Positions 1 to 13,577 of a DNA stretch of 64,000 nucleotides are shown in pieces; position 1 is the stretch's first letter, and every line of letters starts with the position of its first letter. The notes under the pieces were generated by a model, which did not search any database, was not told the origin of the DNA, and saw only the letters and a program-made list of their open reading frames with translations. This stretch comes from Lingula anatina. Its lineage: Eukaryota > Animalia > Brachiopoda. The stretch covers positions 9,486,001 to 9,550,000 of the forward strand of contig CM120643.1 of assembly GCA_051362555.1 (NCBI GenBank), in the 5' to 3' direction. The position numbers were made by a program, and so were the translations under genes.

Positions 1-927
1 AAATATTGTCAGACGGCCCTAAGACAGTTTTACATGTACCAGATTGTAAGTATAATAATAATAATAAAAATAAATATAGAATGCAAGGACATATAAAGCA
101 TGCAATCTGGTCCTTATCCCAAATATTTCTAACCACAAATATTTCAACACATAATATAATACAGTGCCATCACCTCACCTGAATAAAAAAAACATTTTAC
201 TGAAATTCTCAGAGAGTCACCCTGAGTATAAGGGGTCATTCCCATTGAAACTATCATTCTGCATAGATCCAACTCCACGGGGACTCTCGCTGAATGCATT
301 CAGATTAACACACCTCCTCCTGGTTTTGAATAGAATACAGAAAAGCTGGTGATGACGTGACTACTTTGGAAACAAGAGGCTTGTACATCTTTTTACCTGA
401 CTGCATTCAGCAAGAGTCCCCGAAGAACAACAGCTGCATTGGGAGAATTACAAAGGGCCCTTAGAGAATTAATGACAATTCCCATTGATGTCACATTTCT
501 GTTACATATGCCCTACCCTATCAATTCTCCGTTCTCAGTGACTCAGGGTGCATCTGCTGAGAATTTTTTCTCTGATAAGCCATACTTATATATTGCTCTT
601 ATATTGCGAGTGAAATAGATATATCACAGGCACAACATAGTTCATTGTCATGGGTGAAAGTTGTAAATCCTGAAAGCCTAGTTTGCAATTTCTTTTCATA
701 TTTAGACCATATATAAAAAAAAAGATCAAAATGAAAACTAAAAATCTTGAAATCAGGCATAATCCTGAAAACTTTCACCCATGCATTATTACTAGTATAT
801 AAATATGGCATATGGAAAAACATCCCCCCCCCCAAAAAAAAAAAAAAAAAAAGTTATGAAAAAAAAAAAGTCAAAATTTTTGCGATTACTTTCTGCCCTT
901 AGCAGAGCTGCAGCAAGTAATACCTAC

Positions 928-1154
928 TTCCTATCAGCATGGTACCAGCGCTTTCTATTCTTGACACTCCACTGGGAAGGCCATTTTTTAGGACAAAAAA
1001 CACAAGTACATCAAAAAAGGAGGAGTGTGGAGCTACGACTAGAAGTGGAGCATCGATGTCAGACGCTGGTATTCCCTTGATGTTAACATAATGGAAGCCC
1101 ATGACAAAAAAGCAAGCTCTTCCCATAAACTCCAGCAACCGGCCACTACAGCGC
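928..1154 (-). CDS. LPCAT2: LPCAT alternative exon 3b (227 nt, phase 2 to 1), catalytic motif PHSSFFD
   Basis: catcattag|G CGC TGT...RCSGRLLEFMGRACFFVMGFHYVNIKGIPASDIDAPLLVVAPHSSFFDVLVFFVLKNGLPSGVSRIESAGTMLIG A|gtaggt. Confidence 0.85.
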
Positions 1155-4100
1155 CTAATGATGAACCAAGCAAATGAATGAAAAACAATGATAACTAAAT
1201 TAAATTCGACATGGATTATGAACATAAAAACACAGAGTAAAGCAAGTATCATGAAGCAGCTTTAAAATATATGGGATTCAGCCAGCTATTTAACCCTACA
1301 AAAAAATAATAAAATCAGTAATATGAATGGCAATACGTACAAGTCAAGAAATCAAAGGACCGATACCACAACAGTTGCATGCATATCATATACAATGTAC
1401 TGGGGTGCGATTCGGAACAGGGTGCTTTAGAATACTTGAAGAGAAAGTGTCACAAGGAAATATGGCCACAGGGTGCAGTACGGTACATATTAGATAATGA
1501 CATATTGATCTCTTCAGAGTGTCTCTTAAAAGACTGAAAATTGCTTTCAAAAGCAACCCAGAATTATCATGGAGATTTTTTCTCACAACTTTTCATGAAG
1601 CATATAGCATTTATAATTTAGTATCTAATAACTCAATGGAAATCCAGTGTCTTCCCACTTCCTACCCATACCCAGTATACACAGAGCATACCTAATATAC
1701 GAGAGAGATTCAAGGGAGTTAAAAGCAAATCACGATCTGATCAATACAAAACCGCTGTGCTACGAAGTGGGGTTATTTTCTTATGGCAGCAAGTCAAGGT
1801 TCGGTAAAAAGCCGGCTTACAAAAACTCTGGCTAAGATGCAATGTGAAGGCCAACAGTTTTGCTAAAATTCCTGCTCCTTACTGACCAATCCCCTTTTAA
1901 TTTTAAAAACCAATATATATATATATATATATATATGTACCCAAACAAAATGTTCGGAATGTCTTGAATATGTGCTAGCAATAAGTGTCATTAGATGCAA
2001 ATTTTTGGTATAATTCTGGATCATTTACGAGAAAGAAGTCTTCCTTCTGTCACCGCCATATATGTCCCATAACCAGGAGAGTGCTGTTATCCTATCAGTG
2101 TTACCCAACAGAATATGTATATATTAATTATATATATTAACATTTATCAAATTAAGTATATGTCTCCCGTTAGTATCACAGTGCCCAGTACAATAACTGT
2201 TACTGTCACGGAAATCACAGATAACTTCTCTGTGAATGTTGTGTGGTAGAGTGAAATTTAATTACTTATTTAATAAATAAACAACTTTTTTTCTGAAATG
2301 TGTTTATGAATGTGAATGTTGGTGGCAAATTGTATGTAAAATTTTTCATTTGTGTCATAGTCACTGTCATTACTTCTGTCAGCTGTAATTTGATATCCTT
2401 ACCTACCTCAAGAACACTCGAGTCTTCATGACAATCAATAATCAATTTCCATTTTTTCTTTTCCTTTGAAATTACTGTTTCACTTTTGCTTTTCAATTAC
2501 CATATTAATGTATTATATACAGTACCTTACCTTACTTTATGACTCTCTGACATATTTCGAGAATGTTCAAAATGAAATGCAAAATAAAAGATTGTCATGA
2601 CTTATATTTTCATCAAGGTGATGGCTAGACTGATTTTTTTTCTTTGTGGCAATCACTGCAATTATACTTTGCAATAAGAGATACATACTACCAAACAGGG
2701 GAATATTTTTTGTGTCTGATTTTGCAACAACTGTTGTCATATCCGTCACAATTGACAATAACACATCGACAAATGACGAGTGTGGAGCAGCGACAAGAAT
2801 AGGGGCCTCCGCAGCTGAAGCACGCTGGCCGCGGAATGGAATCCAATGAAATCCGCCCACAAAGAAGACGCTTCTGTACAGGAAACAGCACAGTTTGTGG
2901 AGAATTCTAAAAAATAAAATGAAAATAAAGAAAATGAGTTAATGAAATTTAAATTTTAAATTCAAAATCCAACATGATAACTCTGTTAGCAATTATATGT
3001 TGGTCAACAAAGTTATATTTTTCTATTGGAAAAGATGTTGCGTTAATTGATCACGTCAAAATTTTGACAAAAAAGATTGGACAAACTCTCATAAAACAAA
3101 CGTACCGCGAGTATAGTTTACACTGTGAGTAATGAGCTAATTATAAGCTATTTGATTAAAGGAAATTCAGAAGTCAGCTCAGCAGTTTTTTCACTAGAGA
3201 TACAAGGCAGCTCTATTCCAGGCTCATGCTCCTTGTTGTTAAATGAAAAAAAAAAGGAAGGAAATGATAAAAACAAATACAACCAGCTGAGCCAGGACCC
3301 CCACTAAGCTCAGCTGGTTTCTCGCAGGTTGTGCTAAAGTTAAATATCATATTATTATTTATGAAATATAGTATTTTTGGTATCTGATTTTAACTTTTTT
3401 TGTGGAATACAGCAGAGGTTGAAAGATCCAAGGCAATGCATAAAAAAAAGAAAAAAATATATATAATCCTGTCAACTGGTTCATATTCAAGATAAAATGA
3501 AGTCAAGATATATAAATCTATACCTTTTTCTTGAAAATTTTCATTACTGACTTTAAGCACTGTATAATGATAATTATCATTAAATATTGTTTGCCAAGGT
3601 ATCACTGTACATTATGATGCCTAATGACAATTGCACTTGCCTTCAAACAAGGAGCTATTACCCTATGTTGCATCAACATTCAATATAGTCTAATTCTCTA
3701 TCAATAGTTCCATTGGTTGACTCACTGTATTTGCTCATAACATACAATTAACATCAAGAATCATAAAGAAAACAGATGTGAACACTGCAGTGACTTCTTA
3801 ACAATTTCCTTCGGAATTAACACAAGATGTAGAGCAACTTTAACACAAAATGCAATTTTTCACCAATTTTACATCTTTTGACTCAGACAGACTGCATATA
3901 TTGCCATTGGGCATTCATTCAAACATGTAAAAGGAAGCAATGCTATGGGAATGAAATAATCATTACAACTGAAAACAAGATGATTTACGAGTTAGACAGA
4001 CACTGGAAACCAGAATGACTCTTGCTTAGATAACCAGAAGGGACTGGAAATATCCTCAACAGATTCCAAACAGTGATCAATTCAATTGTGCAGACCTGTG

Positions 4101-6974
4101 TACAAACACCTCGAACATGTCTTTGGTGTGTTCAGAAACAGTGAAAGACCAAAACGATCATGGGACGTAAGACTGCATTCCCAGAGATTTAGATCGATCC
4201 ATCTGGATCGACCTAACTCCCTGGGGGTTCACGCTAAATTGCTGTCAGCCGAGCACACACCACAGTTAATTACCCCCTTACAGTTTTTAGTAGGCAGGAC
4301 AGACATTTAAGCCTGTAAGGCTGACACCAATCTAGTGAGACTCTCCAGGGAGATAGATCGATCTAAATATCTATGGGAATGGTGTATTAGTGTCCCCTGA
4401 CAACCAATAACTATGTCTGTCTGTCTGCATGAATGGTGCATTGGAGAATTTACACACGTATGACTTAACCATGAAAAACTACTCATGACTCTATGACTAA
4501 CAGACTAAAATGACTCTACCAAAAAGACCTAGAGGGGCCAGAACAATTCTAAAGAGAAAAATTATTTCATATCATAATACATCCATTTTGCTATCTGTGA
4601 AATGTGAAAAAACAGGGGGGTAAGCAATATGACATTTTCTTTTTCTTTTTGTTTCAATTTAGTCAGGCATTCTAAATCTAGAAGTAGATTTCTTTTTAAT
4701 TTGCTGACATTATCTCAACTAGATGTCTTATCTTAAACATCAAAACAATTTTAAACATACCAATCAATAAAAGCATCACAAAGAAATTTACTTATTTTCA
4801 CTTTCAGTAGTAGAAGTAGTAGTATTTATTTATACTAGTACAGTACTTGGCTGAAATGATACGAGCCAAAATTTTATCCTTTAGTTTACAAAATGTATGA
4901 CTATCCTCATCATATATATGATTGAAAATTAACTGTTTCATCTTATACCTAAATATAGCCTGTGTCACAGATTACATTCTTGTATCCCTATAAATGTGTT
5001 ATTAGCTCACACTAAATCTAGTCTTAGACCCCGTTCCCATACAAAAATTGATCTAGCAGGATCGACCCATCTCCGAGGGGTTTCTCGCTAGATTGCTTTC
5101 AGCTGAAGCGGCTCTCATGTCTGGCACACCTACTGAAGCTGTTAGGGGGTAATTAACTATCGCTGAAAGCAATTTAGCGAGAAACCCCTCGGAGATGGAT
5201 CGATCCTGCTAGATAGATCTAGGTATGGGAACTAGGTCTTAGAGCATGAGCAACATATACATGCCATCATAAATCATGGTGATGGTTGTGGAAATCAATA
5301 ATATATACTCGTGTCAAAATGGAATTCTAAAATAGATTTCCATTGGATCTGAAAGGCTTTAGGGGGAATTCTGGAGTCTGTCCGACAAAAGGTAGAAAGG
5401 GGGTGGGGGTAGAAAGAGAGGATCACTTCAGCCTAATGTGATTATCTTCGATAATTTTGTTATGGATCAACTTATTGGATCTGAAAAGCCTTAGGGGTAA
5501 TCCTGGAGTCTGTCTGACAAAAGGTAGAAAGGGGGTGGGGGTAGAAAGAGAGGATCACTTCAGCCTAATGTGATTATCTTCTATAATTTTGTTATGGATC
5601 AACTTACTGGATCTGAAAAGCCTTAGGGGTAATTCTGGAGTCTGTCTGACAAAAGGTAGAAAGGGGGTGGGGGTAGAAAGAGAGGATCACTTCAGCCTAA
5701 TGTGATTATCTTCTATAATTTTGTTATGGATCAACTTACTGGATCTGAAAAGCCTTAGGGGTAATTCTGGAGTCTGTCTGACAAAAGGTAGAAAGAGGGT
5801 GGGGGTAGAAAGAGAGGATCACTTCAGCCTAATGTGATTATCTTCTATAATTTTGCTGTGGATCATCTAAGTGACATAATGGAAACATGAGACACTTCTC
5901 CATAGAAACATGTGACACTTCTCCAGCAGTTTAACCTCCATAATCAATACTTCACCACCATACTAGTACTTCTATAAAGTGTGGCAGCCCTATAATGATA
6001 ATTGCACAGAAATGATGTTGCATCACCATAGCTTGGTTATGTTAGCATATGTCATTCTTTCAAAAGAACTGAACAAAAAAACAGAACATGAAACACATAC
6101 TTAGTAAATTTAGGCATTATCAATAGACTAAAACAGCAAAGCATGTTAAAATTGTGACAAAGATGTCAATGTTACTCTTACATGTTTATAAAATCTACTA
6201 ATCTTGCACTAGAATTGTTTCATCTTCGGTCATTACCTATACCCAGGAGAAAGTGAGTTTATCTTTGCTGGTTTTTATCCAACAGCCTAAAGTTATTAAC
6301 AGATTTTGATAAAATTTTCAGGACATGTTGAGGACAGGTTAGAAAAGTTCTGTCTTAGGATGATAAAAATTTAGTGCTGATCCATTACATAATAAATGAT
6401 CAGTAATCAGACATGAGCCTAGGTTTAAAAAAAAAAAAAAAAAAAAAAAACTGAACATTTATCATGGGACCCAACATCTAACCTTGATGAATCTCAGGAA
6501 CCATCAGAATTGAATTTAAAAATGTGGTATTCCACTTTTCCACGGAAAAAGTTCATGTCTGAGTAATAAAAGGGATTCAGCTACCTTGGCGTAGACCTGT
6601 GCTCCCTGGGGGGCTTTTAGGGTGTATTACCAGAGATTAAGATTGATCCAGAGATTAAGATTTAGATCGACCTAACTCCCTGGGGGTTCATGCTAAATTG
6701 CAGTCAGCCGAGCACGCACCATAGTTAATTACCCCCTTACAGCTTTCAGTAGGCGGGACAGACGCTTAACCCAGCTAAGCTGACAGTAATCTAGTGAGAC
6801 TCCCCACAGGGATAGATCGATCTAAAATCTATGGAAATGGGGTCTTAGACTTATCTCTATACTTACATAACATATCTGACAGATAAGATGAGATATGGCT
6901 TCTTAACAAAGAGCTTCAGATAACTTCATATTGATTCTTAGGGGAATCATTGTGGCTTGATAAATCAAATGTCC

Positions 6975-7006
<32 letters not shown>

Positions 7007-9331
7007 AAACTGAAATCTCACTGTTATTGCCTCTTGTAAAATCTTATATTTTAAACTTAAAATGTATATTAGGAACAGTTTCCTCTACTTGTGTAATATT
7101 AAATGTGACAATGCATGTATTTTATATAAAAGTATCTACTTGTGAAATGGAAACATGTCTAAGCGAGTGTTCTAGTGTCTGTACATCACAGTATTATTGA
7201 TTTTTGTCATCTAAAAAGGAGGAAATGAGAAGAGCTATAGCAGGTATATACAATACCTGCCATTTTCAAAGATGCTACAGAAGATCACATTTCTCACTTT
7301 TCAACATCAATGATACTGGAGTGAGACCACAGTTACATTGTGAATACCTTCTTCAAAAATATGTCTTTAAAAAATAAATAAATGATCCTGAAATGTCAAT
7401 GTAATGGGAACTTATCACAATACTTGAGAATGTATATTATTACCAGTGGTTGCCAACTTTGTGAACAGTTAAAAAGGGTTACAAGTACACGCAAGCAAAC
7501 AGCCACTCACACACACCCACACATACACATTTTGTATATAAGTACTTAACTACATACATCTTAATAAGCAATTATTAAACTAATTCTCAGTGTCGCGAGT
7601 GAAAATAAATAACAAGCTTCTCTCTTCTCTGTTCCAATTATCTCTTTATATGAAAGAGGGGGGGGGCTTTGCCTTTTATCTTCCCATCAATTATTACTGA
7701 CATATCACTATATCCAATAAAAAGGGAAGAAACTCAGTTTGAAAGGTAATCTAGACTATCTGCAGGCATATCCCTCTTGACAAGGTAAGGAAGCCATTTC
7801 AAGTACTAGGCGGGGTAGAGGAAACTGTTCCTAATATTATAATACATCTAGGGATCATGTATCACAAAACATCTTGAAGCAAAGAATTAAAGAAGCTGGA
7901 TTTCTTTATACTGACAAATAAAAAAATTCAGAATCTAATCACTCAATGAAAATGTTACCTTCTCCATCCTCTCACAGGAACTATTTGTTCTTTTTCTTCC
8001 TTAGATCTGAACGCCACAGCAAATGCTGCCACGGGCCAGGCTAACAGTAAGATCACACACAGGCTGACTAGCCGTATAGGGGCTATAGTCACAGACATGA
8101 TGGCCACCTGTAAAATAAAATGTTTAAAAGAAAACTTATAATATATTCTTCTTATCTATAATGCTATGATCAGACATAACACAGGTACATGTAGTAAGAC
8201 GATACAAATACAAGGTAAAATAAAAATTTTTAATTAATATTAAACCCAAAACTATTAATAATGAAAGGCACAACAGTAAATAAAATTAGTCCAAATATTT
8301 CTCATATGGACTAGAGTGACTCATGAGCTCTAGACATTTATGCATATTCCTACAAAAAGATTAAATTACCCGCATGAAAATGCAGTAGTATCGAAGTAGC
8401 AAAGAAGCATTAACGCAGTAGTGGTGTGGAGCATATTTGCAGTAGAAATGCAGTATAGCCTACTGCAATTCTACTTCAAAAATTACATAGGGTTGTACAG
8501 AGGAGGAGCATTAATGCAGTAGATTAGCAGCATGATAGAAGCATGTTTCAAATATGCTAATTAGCTCCCCAATCGAAGCAGGTTTGAAGCATGTTTGCAG
8601 TATGATTGCAGTAGTCTACTGCGCTGGAGTATCTACTTCGTTTTCGCGCGGGTACAGTAATAAACATGTGCAAGCAACATCACATGGTCAGTCGCTATTT
8701 TCAAAATATTTTTAGAATCGGTTGCTTTGATCACAAAAAATAGAATTTGATGCACTAGATTAATCTTAATGCCTGCTAAGGCACCTAATGATTAACTCAT
8801 CTCTAACAATTAGAATTAATTATTTTACCATCTGTCACCAAGGGCTGCAATTGTTGGGTGTCTTTAAGACTGTAATCTCAAAATTTATTGAAGGGAAGAC
8901 ATGCACAAACTATGCATGAAACTAATTTTTTATCTATTTTTTAGTCTTTAGCTATAGTCTGAAAAAATGTAGCATTCAAAGTATAAGCCATATTGCAATA
9001 GTTTCATAATGATTACATAACAATATTAACATTACAATTAATCCCGTTTTACTGCATTTTTTAAAATGAACAAAATTATGACCGCGGTAGTATCACTTCG
9101 CAACTGGAAAACACTCGCTGGACTACAGTAGTGCCAAAAGAAGAATTTGCTGCAAAAGGGTATATTCAGAAGGATTTAATCCGATAAATGTAAAAACTGT
9201 CTTGCACTTTCCAAGTTGCAACAAACCTGTAATTTTTCCCACCATGTCAACTGTAGGTCGTGTACAAAAGGATTTATCACTTCTGGTAGGACAAGAGATT
9301 CAGATCGTGGAAGGACCTTATTGGCCCTCAT
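928..9331 (-). CDS. LPCAT2: Lysophosphatidylcholine acyltransferase (LPCAT1/2-like), 5' part; remaining exons lie off the left edge of the window
   Basis: Exon 1 9331-9227 (MRANKVLPRSESLVLPEVINPFVHDLQLTWWEKLQ, donor GTTTGT). Exon 2 8107-7959 (VAIMSVTIAPIRLVSLCVILLLAWPVAAFAVAF...GWR, TM segment, ends phase 2). Two alternative exon 3 copies at 2906-2689 and 1154-928. The NPFVH, IAPIR..L.AWP and APHSSF.D motifs are typical of LPCAT1/2, and all junctions are GT-AG and phase compatible. LPCAT1 vs LPCAT2 orthology is not resolvable by eye. Confidence 0.9.
2689..2906 (-). CDS. LPCAT2: LPCAT alternative exon 3a (218 nt, phase 2 to 1), catalytic motif PHSSFVD
   Basis: ttttttag|A ATT CTC CAC...ILHKLCCFLYRSVFFVGGFHWIPFRGQRASAAEAPILVAAPHSSFVDVLLSIVTDMTTVVAKSDTKNIPLFG A|gtatgt. 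Confidence 0.88.
4171..4386. mobile_element. Palindromic MITE, PIF/Harbinger-type family (subfamily shared with 6620-6844 and 28841-29055)
   Basis: Inverted arms (ttcccagagatttagatcgatc ... gatcgatctaaatatctatgggaa), preceded by TAA; similar copies elsewhere in the window. Confidence 0.7.
5027..5238. mobile_element. Palindromic MITE with TTA target-site duplication (PIF/Harbinger-type)
   Basis: TTA|GACCCCGTTCCCATAC...GTATGGGAACTAGGTC|TTA with long inverted arms. Same family at 13578-13776, 27691-27942, 53720-53977 and 55957-56138 (partial). Confidence 0.8.
5344..5865. repeat. Tandem repeat, ~132-bp unit x4, in LPCAT intron 2
   Basis: tggatctgaaa recurs at 5344, 5476, 5608 and 5740; units nearly identical. 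Confidence 0.9.
6620..6844. mobile_element. Palindromic MITE (same subfamily as 4171-4386), abutting a short HINE-like element at ~6235-6620
   Basis: Shared core gatcgacctaactccctgggggttcatgctaaattgc...; ends ggggtc|tta. Confidence 0.65.
8369..8652. mobile_element. MITE with TA target-site duplication
   Basis: TA|CCCGCATGAAAATGCAGTAG ... CTACTTCGTTTTCGCGCGGG|TA; imperfect terminal inverted repeats and internal tgcagtag subrepeats. Confidence 0.6.
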
Positions 9332-9811
9332 CTTGTCTCCTCTCTTCGCTGATCAGCGTCTGTACGAGTTAGTTCGTCATCATTAGCACCGTCATGTTCG
9401 TTGCTCCACTTGTCTTTCCATCCTTCTGGCCTCAACGACCTTTACTATTGGAAACTGACCTACTTTATGACTGAACAAAATGATAAATCTACCGCTACCG
9501 GGGAACAGATATACTTTTAAAAGAATTAAGTTAAAATAAATAGTTCTGCTAGTGATAAAAAGAAAACACAAAATAGTAAATTGCAATTTATGTAAGAACT
9601 ATTGATAAATTTTATAAGTTTAGCATTTATTTTACTACAATTTCTTGCCGCCCCCTTAATCACAATCTTTATTTTAGCTCCAAGGTCATTGCGCATGGCA
9701 ACTCAGTGCGACTTTGTAAAGATGCTGGCAGCAGCTACACAAGCAGAAAAATACTTTTATCCTTTGCAAAAAAATTAAGCCCCGTCTTCGTGGGCTTTCA
9801 AACTCGATTCG
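9332..9811. promoter_or_regulatory. Putative bidirectional promoter and 5'UTRs shared by LPCAT and CK1alpha
   Basis: Only 480 bp separate the divergent ATGs at 9331 (minus) and 9812 (plus); transcription starts are not identifiable from sequence. Confidence 0.6.
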
Positions 9812-10813
9812 ATGAAATCGTCAAGGATGGATAGCGGAAGCGACAGGCCCACTAGCAAGTCGGAGTTCATAGTTGGACAAAAGTATCGTTTGATAAGAAA
9901 AATAGGGAGTGGTTCGTTTGGGGACATCTACTTGGGGATAAACATATCAAATGGGGAGGAAGTTGCGGTCAAATTGGAGCCCCTCAAAGCGCGGCATCCT
10001 CAGCTTCTTTACGAAAGCAAGGTCTACAAGATTTTGCAGGGAGGGATAGGTATTCCTCACATTCGTTGGTTCGGGCTGGAGAAAGAATATAACACTTTGG
10101 TCATGGACCTCCTTGGTCCCTCCCTGGAGGATTTGTTTAACTTTGTATCCAGGCGATTCACAATGAAGACGGTGCTAATGTTGGCAGACCAGATGATAGG
10201 ACGCATTGAATATGTCCACAACAAGAATTTTATTCATCGTGACATTAAACCCGATAATTTCCTCATGGGCATTGGCAGGCATTGCAACAAAGTGTTTTTG
10301 ATTGACTTTGGTCTGGCCAAAAAGTACCGCGACTCACACTCTCGCACTCACATCCCATATCGAGAAGACAAAAACTTGACTGGCACAGCACGCTATGCCA
10401 GTATCAATGCTCACATGGGGATTGAGCAAAGTCGTCGCGATGACATGCAGTCCCTTGGATACGTGCTCATGTATTTCAATCGTGGCAGTCTGCCATGGCA
10501 GGGGTTGAAAGCTGCAACGAAAAAGCAAAAATACGAGCGCATCAGTGAGAAAAAGATGTCCACTCCAGTGGAAGTCTTGTGCAAAGGTTTCCCAGCAGAA
10601 TTTGCCATGTACCTCAACTACAGCCGAGGCCTAAGATTTGATGAAAATCCCGATTACATGTACTTACGCCAGCTATTCCGCATCTTGTTTCGCACTTTGA
10701 ATTACCAATATGACTACACTTTTGATTGGACCATGCTGAAGCAGAAAGCTGCTGCTGTTCATGTAGGCAATTCTGGCTCGGCCCGGCCCGTCAACCCGAC
10801 AGGGGGCCATTGA
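9812..10813 (+). CDS. CSNK1A1: Casein kinase I isoform alpha, single-exon CDS (333 aa)
   Basis: [52 protein letters not shown], and the CK1alpha-type C-terminus [16 protein letters not shown]; uninterrupted ORF. Confidence 0.97.
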   Translation: MKSSRMDSGSDRPTSKSEFIVGQKYRLIRKIGSGSFGDIYLGINISNGEEVAVKLEPLKARHPQLLYESKVYKILQGGIGIPHIRWFGLEKEYNTLVMDLLGPSLEDLFNFVSRRFTMKTVLMLADQMIGRIEYVHNKNFIHRDIKPDNFLMGIGRHCNKVFLIDFGLAKKYRDSHSRTHIPYREDKNLTGTARYASINAHMGIEQSRRDDMQSLGYVLMYFNRGSLPWQGLKAATKKQKYERISEKKMSTPVEVLCKGFPAEFAMYLNYSRGLRFDENPDYMYLRQLFRILFRTLNYQYDYTFDWTMLKQKAAAVHVGNSGSARPVNPTGGH

Positions 10814-13577
10814 ACATTAAACCTGCTCAATCAGTATGTGATCAAAGACTTCTCGTGCATAACACACGATTGTTAAAACTCGTCATACACTTCTAATATC
10901 AAAATGGTGTGACACTTGAATACAGGACTATAATATTACAAGAGGTACAGAAGACCTCTGAGACCATTTATTGCTTGTTTCATTGGTGCACCATCTACTG
11001 CACTCTGTAGGCAGTCTGGGTGGGCTTTGAGGCATGTTGCTTTGCTTCTGAGTAAAGAAGTGAAATACATTTGGTGCCATTTTGAAGAGTGTTAGTCGAG
11101 CTGTGTTTGAAGCCTGTTGTAATTTGTACAACGCTTTACTGGTCAACAAGAAAGAAAGAAAGAAAGAAAGGAAGAATGCATGCCAGTTAATGTATGGCCT
11201 TTGTGAGGTGTACATTGCCAAGGTGAACAGGATTCAGAGGAGCTTGGAATACCCTGCACAGTGGTGTCTTACATGTGGTCGTAGATATTTGTTGTGGATT
11301 TCTAGCAAAGTTGTCAGTCTTGATGAGAAGTTGCAGAGTGCAAATATACTGCTGTGGCGAGGACTGCACGCAATAGATGGACAGACAGACAAGTGAGCAG
11401 TACTGACATTTAAGAATTGACCTTCCAAAAGAGGAGTGCTATTTTGCATTGATAAGTAAAAGGTTGTGTTGTAATTTATGGTGCAAAAAAGGAGAAAAAA
11501 ATACCCAGGTGTTAAAGCCTTCAGTTATCCTTAATTGTGATAATGCATATAGGTATATTAGTGGTTGAAATCATGAAAGAAGTGATATTTCATATACTAA
11601 TGCATATTGTTCACTGCAATGGGGTTTGTTAATAAGATATAATTTGTCAATAAGTTGTTTTCCTAATTAGGCTTAAAATTGCCTCATGAAAGAATGAGAA
11701 AGACAAATTGCTGTAAAAATAAAATTTTCAAATTGACTTTAAAATCAAAATGATTTTTTTTTCAAAATGTAATGAGTGCAAGTTAAATTTATTCAGATAA
11801 TGGGTGAATACAAAAATTACACAGACAGAGGCTGATGTATCGTCAGGAATTGCACGCTTATTTAGATTCTGCAATGAAGATAATTGCAGAATAATTGGAC
11901 AAAGTGACTGAGTTATGATGCTGATAACACAAGTAACAGAAGGTCTATAGGATTATTCACTAGTCTATAAAGGTTCTTCCAGATAATTTCTCTCGTCCCC
12001 ATTGTTGGACAAAGCGTCTGATTTAAGAATACTAACTTTCTATGTAGAGTTATTGTGGATTTGGCATTTATGATTAAACCTGAATTTGTGTTTATATTAT
12101 GCACCATTAATGTTGAAAGGTTATGTGGAATCTATAATCTATACCTAAATGGGCGAGAAGCAGTCTGGCAGATAGCAACAATCAATACAGTATATGTCAA
12201 TGCTTTTAATCCGGCATAGTCGGAAACTAGAGCAAGTATTTCTCTTTTTTAATTGCCAGTTGCTAAAAATAAGACTTTTTGGTTACAGAAAATGGAAAAC
12301 GTTTTTACTGTTATGTTTTGAATCTTTTTTCATTGATTTCAGCAAATTGACTCGCTGGATAAATGTCAAAATATGCTCATGATCGAGTACTGCATTATGA
12401 AAACAAGTCTCCTATCCAGGGCAGTATGTTCACTAATGGTATTCAGGGTTTATGTGTTCAAGATGATGTCAGACTAGCAATGTAGATGTTATTGTTATTG
12501 AGTACATAGCTGAAGAGAATGGGCCCAGAATACTATTAGTGCCCTGAAGCAGACGCAAGATATTGATTTTTTTTTTCACTTGGTGCAAGACAAATATTGT
12601 GTGATTTATCTGAATCATAAAATACTTCATTGTAACTGATTATCTTTATATTTTTATTTTCATTCAATTGTGTGCTTATTATTTGAAGTCAAAATTTTCT
12701 CCTTTACCTGATGGTGTATAAACTGCATCGGACCTTAATTAGATCCCTTCCCACCTCCCCTATTTGAAAGCTATTGTTGATAACTGAAACCCCAAAATCC
12801 AATATGCCTTTTAGGCTTTGACAGTATTATTGGACATATTATGGTCATCCACGAGGGATTTTAACTTTCAGGTACTTTACAGTGATTTCAAAATTGCGTG
12901 TCTGCAAGGCAGCAAGTTAAGTGTGTGAGCTAAATTGCGTAAGGCAAAATATAGCTCGCTGTTTTTTTTTTTTGGCATGTGGCCCAGACATTATCTCGTG
13001 AGTAATAATTTTTATGCAATCTTTAATTAAAGTATTAAATGGTAAAGTGAATGAGTTAAAAGTTCCCAATAGTGAAATTGCTTTGGGACCATTTGGAAGT
13101 GGTGTTATCTTTGGTCCCAAAACTGATTTGATATAAAAAGTTGATTATTTCAATTATGGTGTTTTCTGTGTCTAAACAGCTATTTTGTTGTTGCAATTTT
13201 CTTGCTCATTACTTGAATTATTTTTCTCATTTATTTATTTTAGCTAATACTAGAATTTGATTATTTTTCACTTCATGTTTCTTTTAATTTTGAAAAAAAA
13301 GTAATTGTGATAAATTCAAAAGCTTGTCTTAATATTAAAGTTGATGAGAAAGCTTACAGACATGAAACGTAGCCCTATAGGATTTCCAAAATCTCAGGAC
13401 TCTTTAACATATGATTTTTTACATCAAAGATCTCCCACCCTAAAATGGCACTTGTTGAAGAAGCTAAGCATAAATTCATTTTGCCAATTTGTAAAAGAAA
13501 AGCCTGTTTCATACACAAATAATTGGGGGGGGGGGGGGGGGTTAGTTGGTGAGCAAATCATTTGGACCCTTCATAGT

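Noticed and set aside
230-575. Candidate LPCAT exon 4
   Set aside because: No QP..V.R or FPEGT motif and an early stop in the required phase; the region looks like a decayed palindromic MITE. Exon 4 must lie left of the window.
5344-5865. CRISPR-like array (also considered for 37001-37150 and 15681-16300)
   Set aside because: Units are contiguous whole repeats with no unique spacers, there are no cas genes, and the context is eukaryotic intron or intergenic DNA.
10928-11449. ORFs just downstream of CK1alpha
   Set aside because: Most likely 3'UTR; the overlapping short ORFs have no motifs and partly derive from a (GAAA)n tract.
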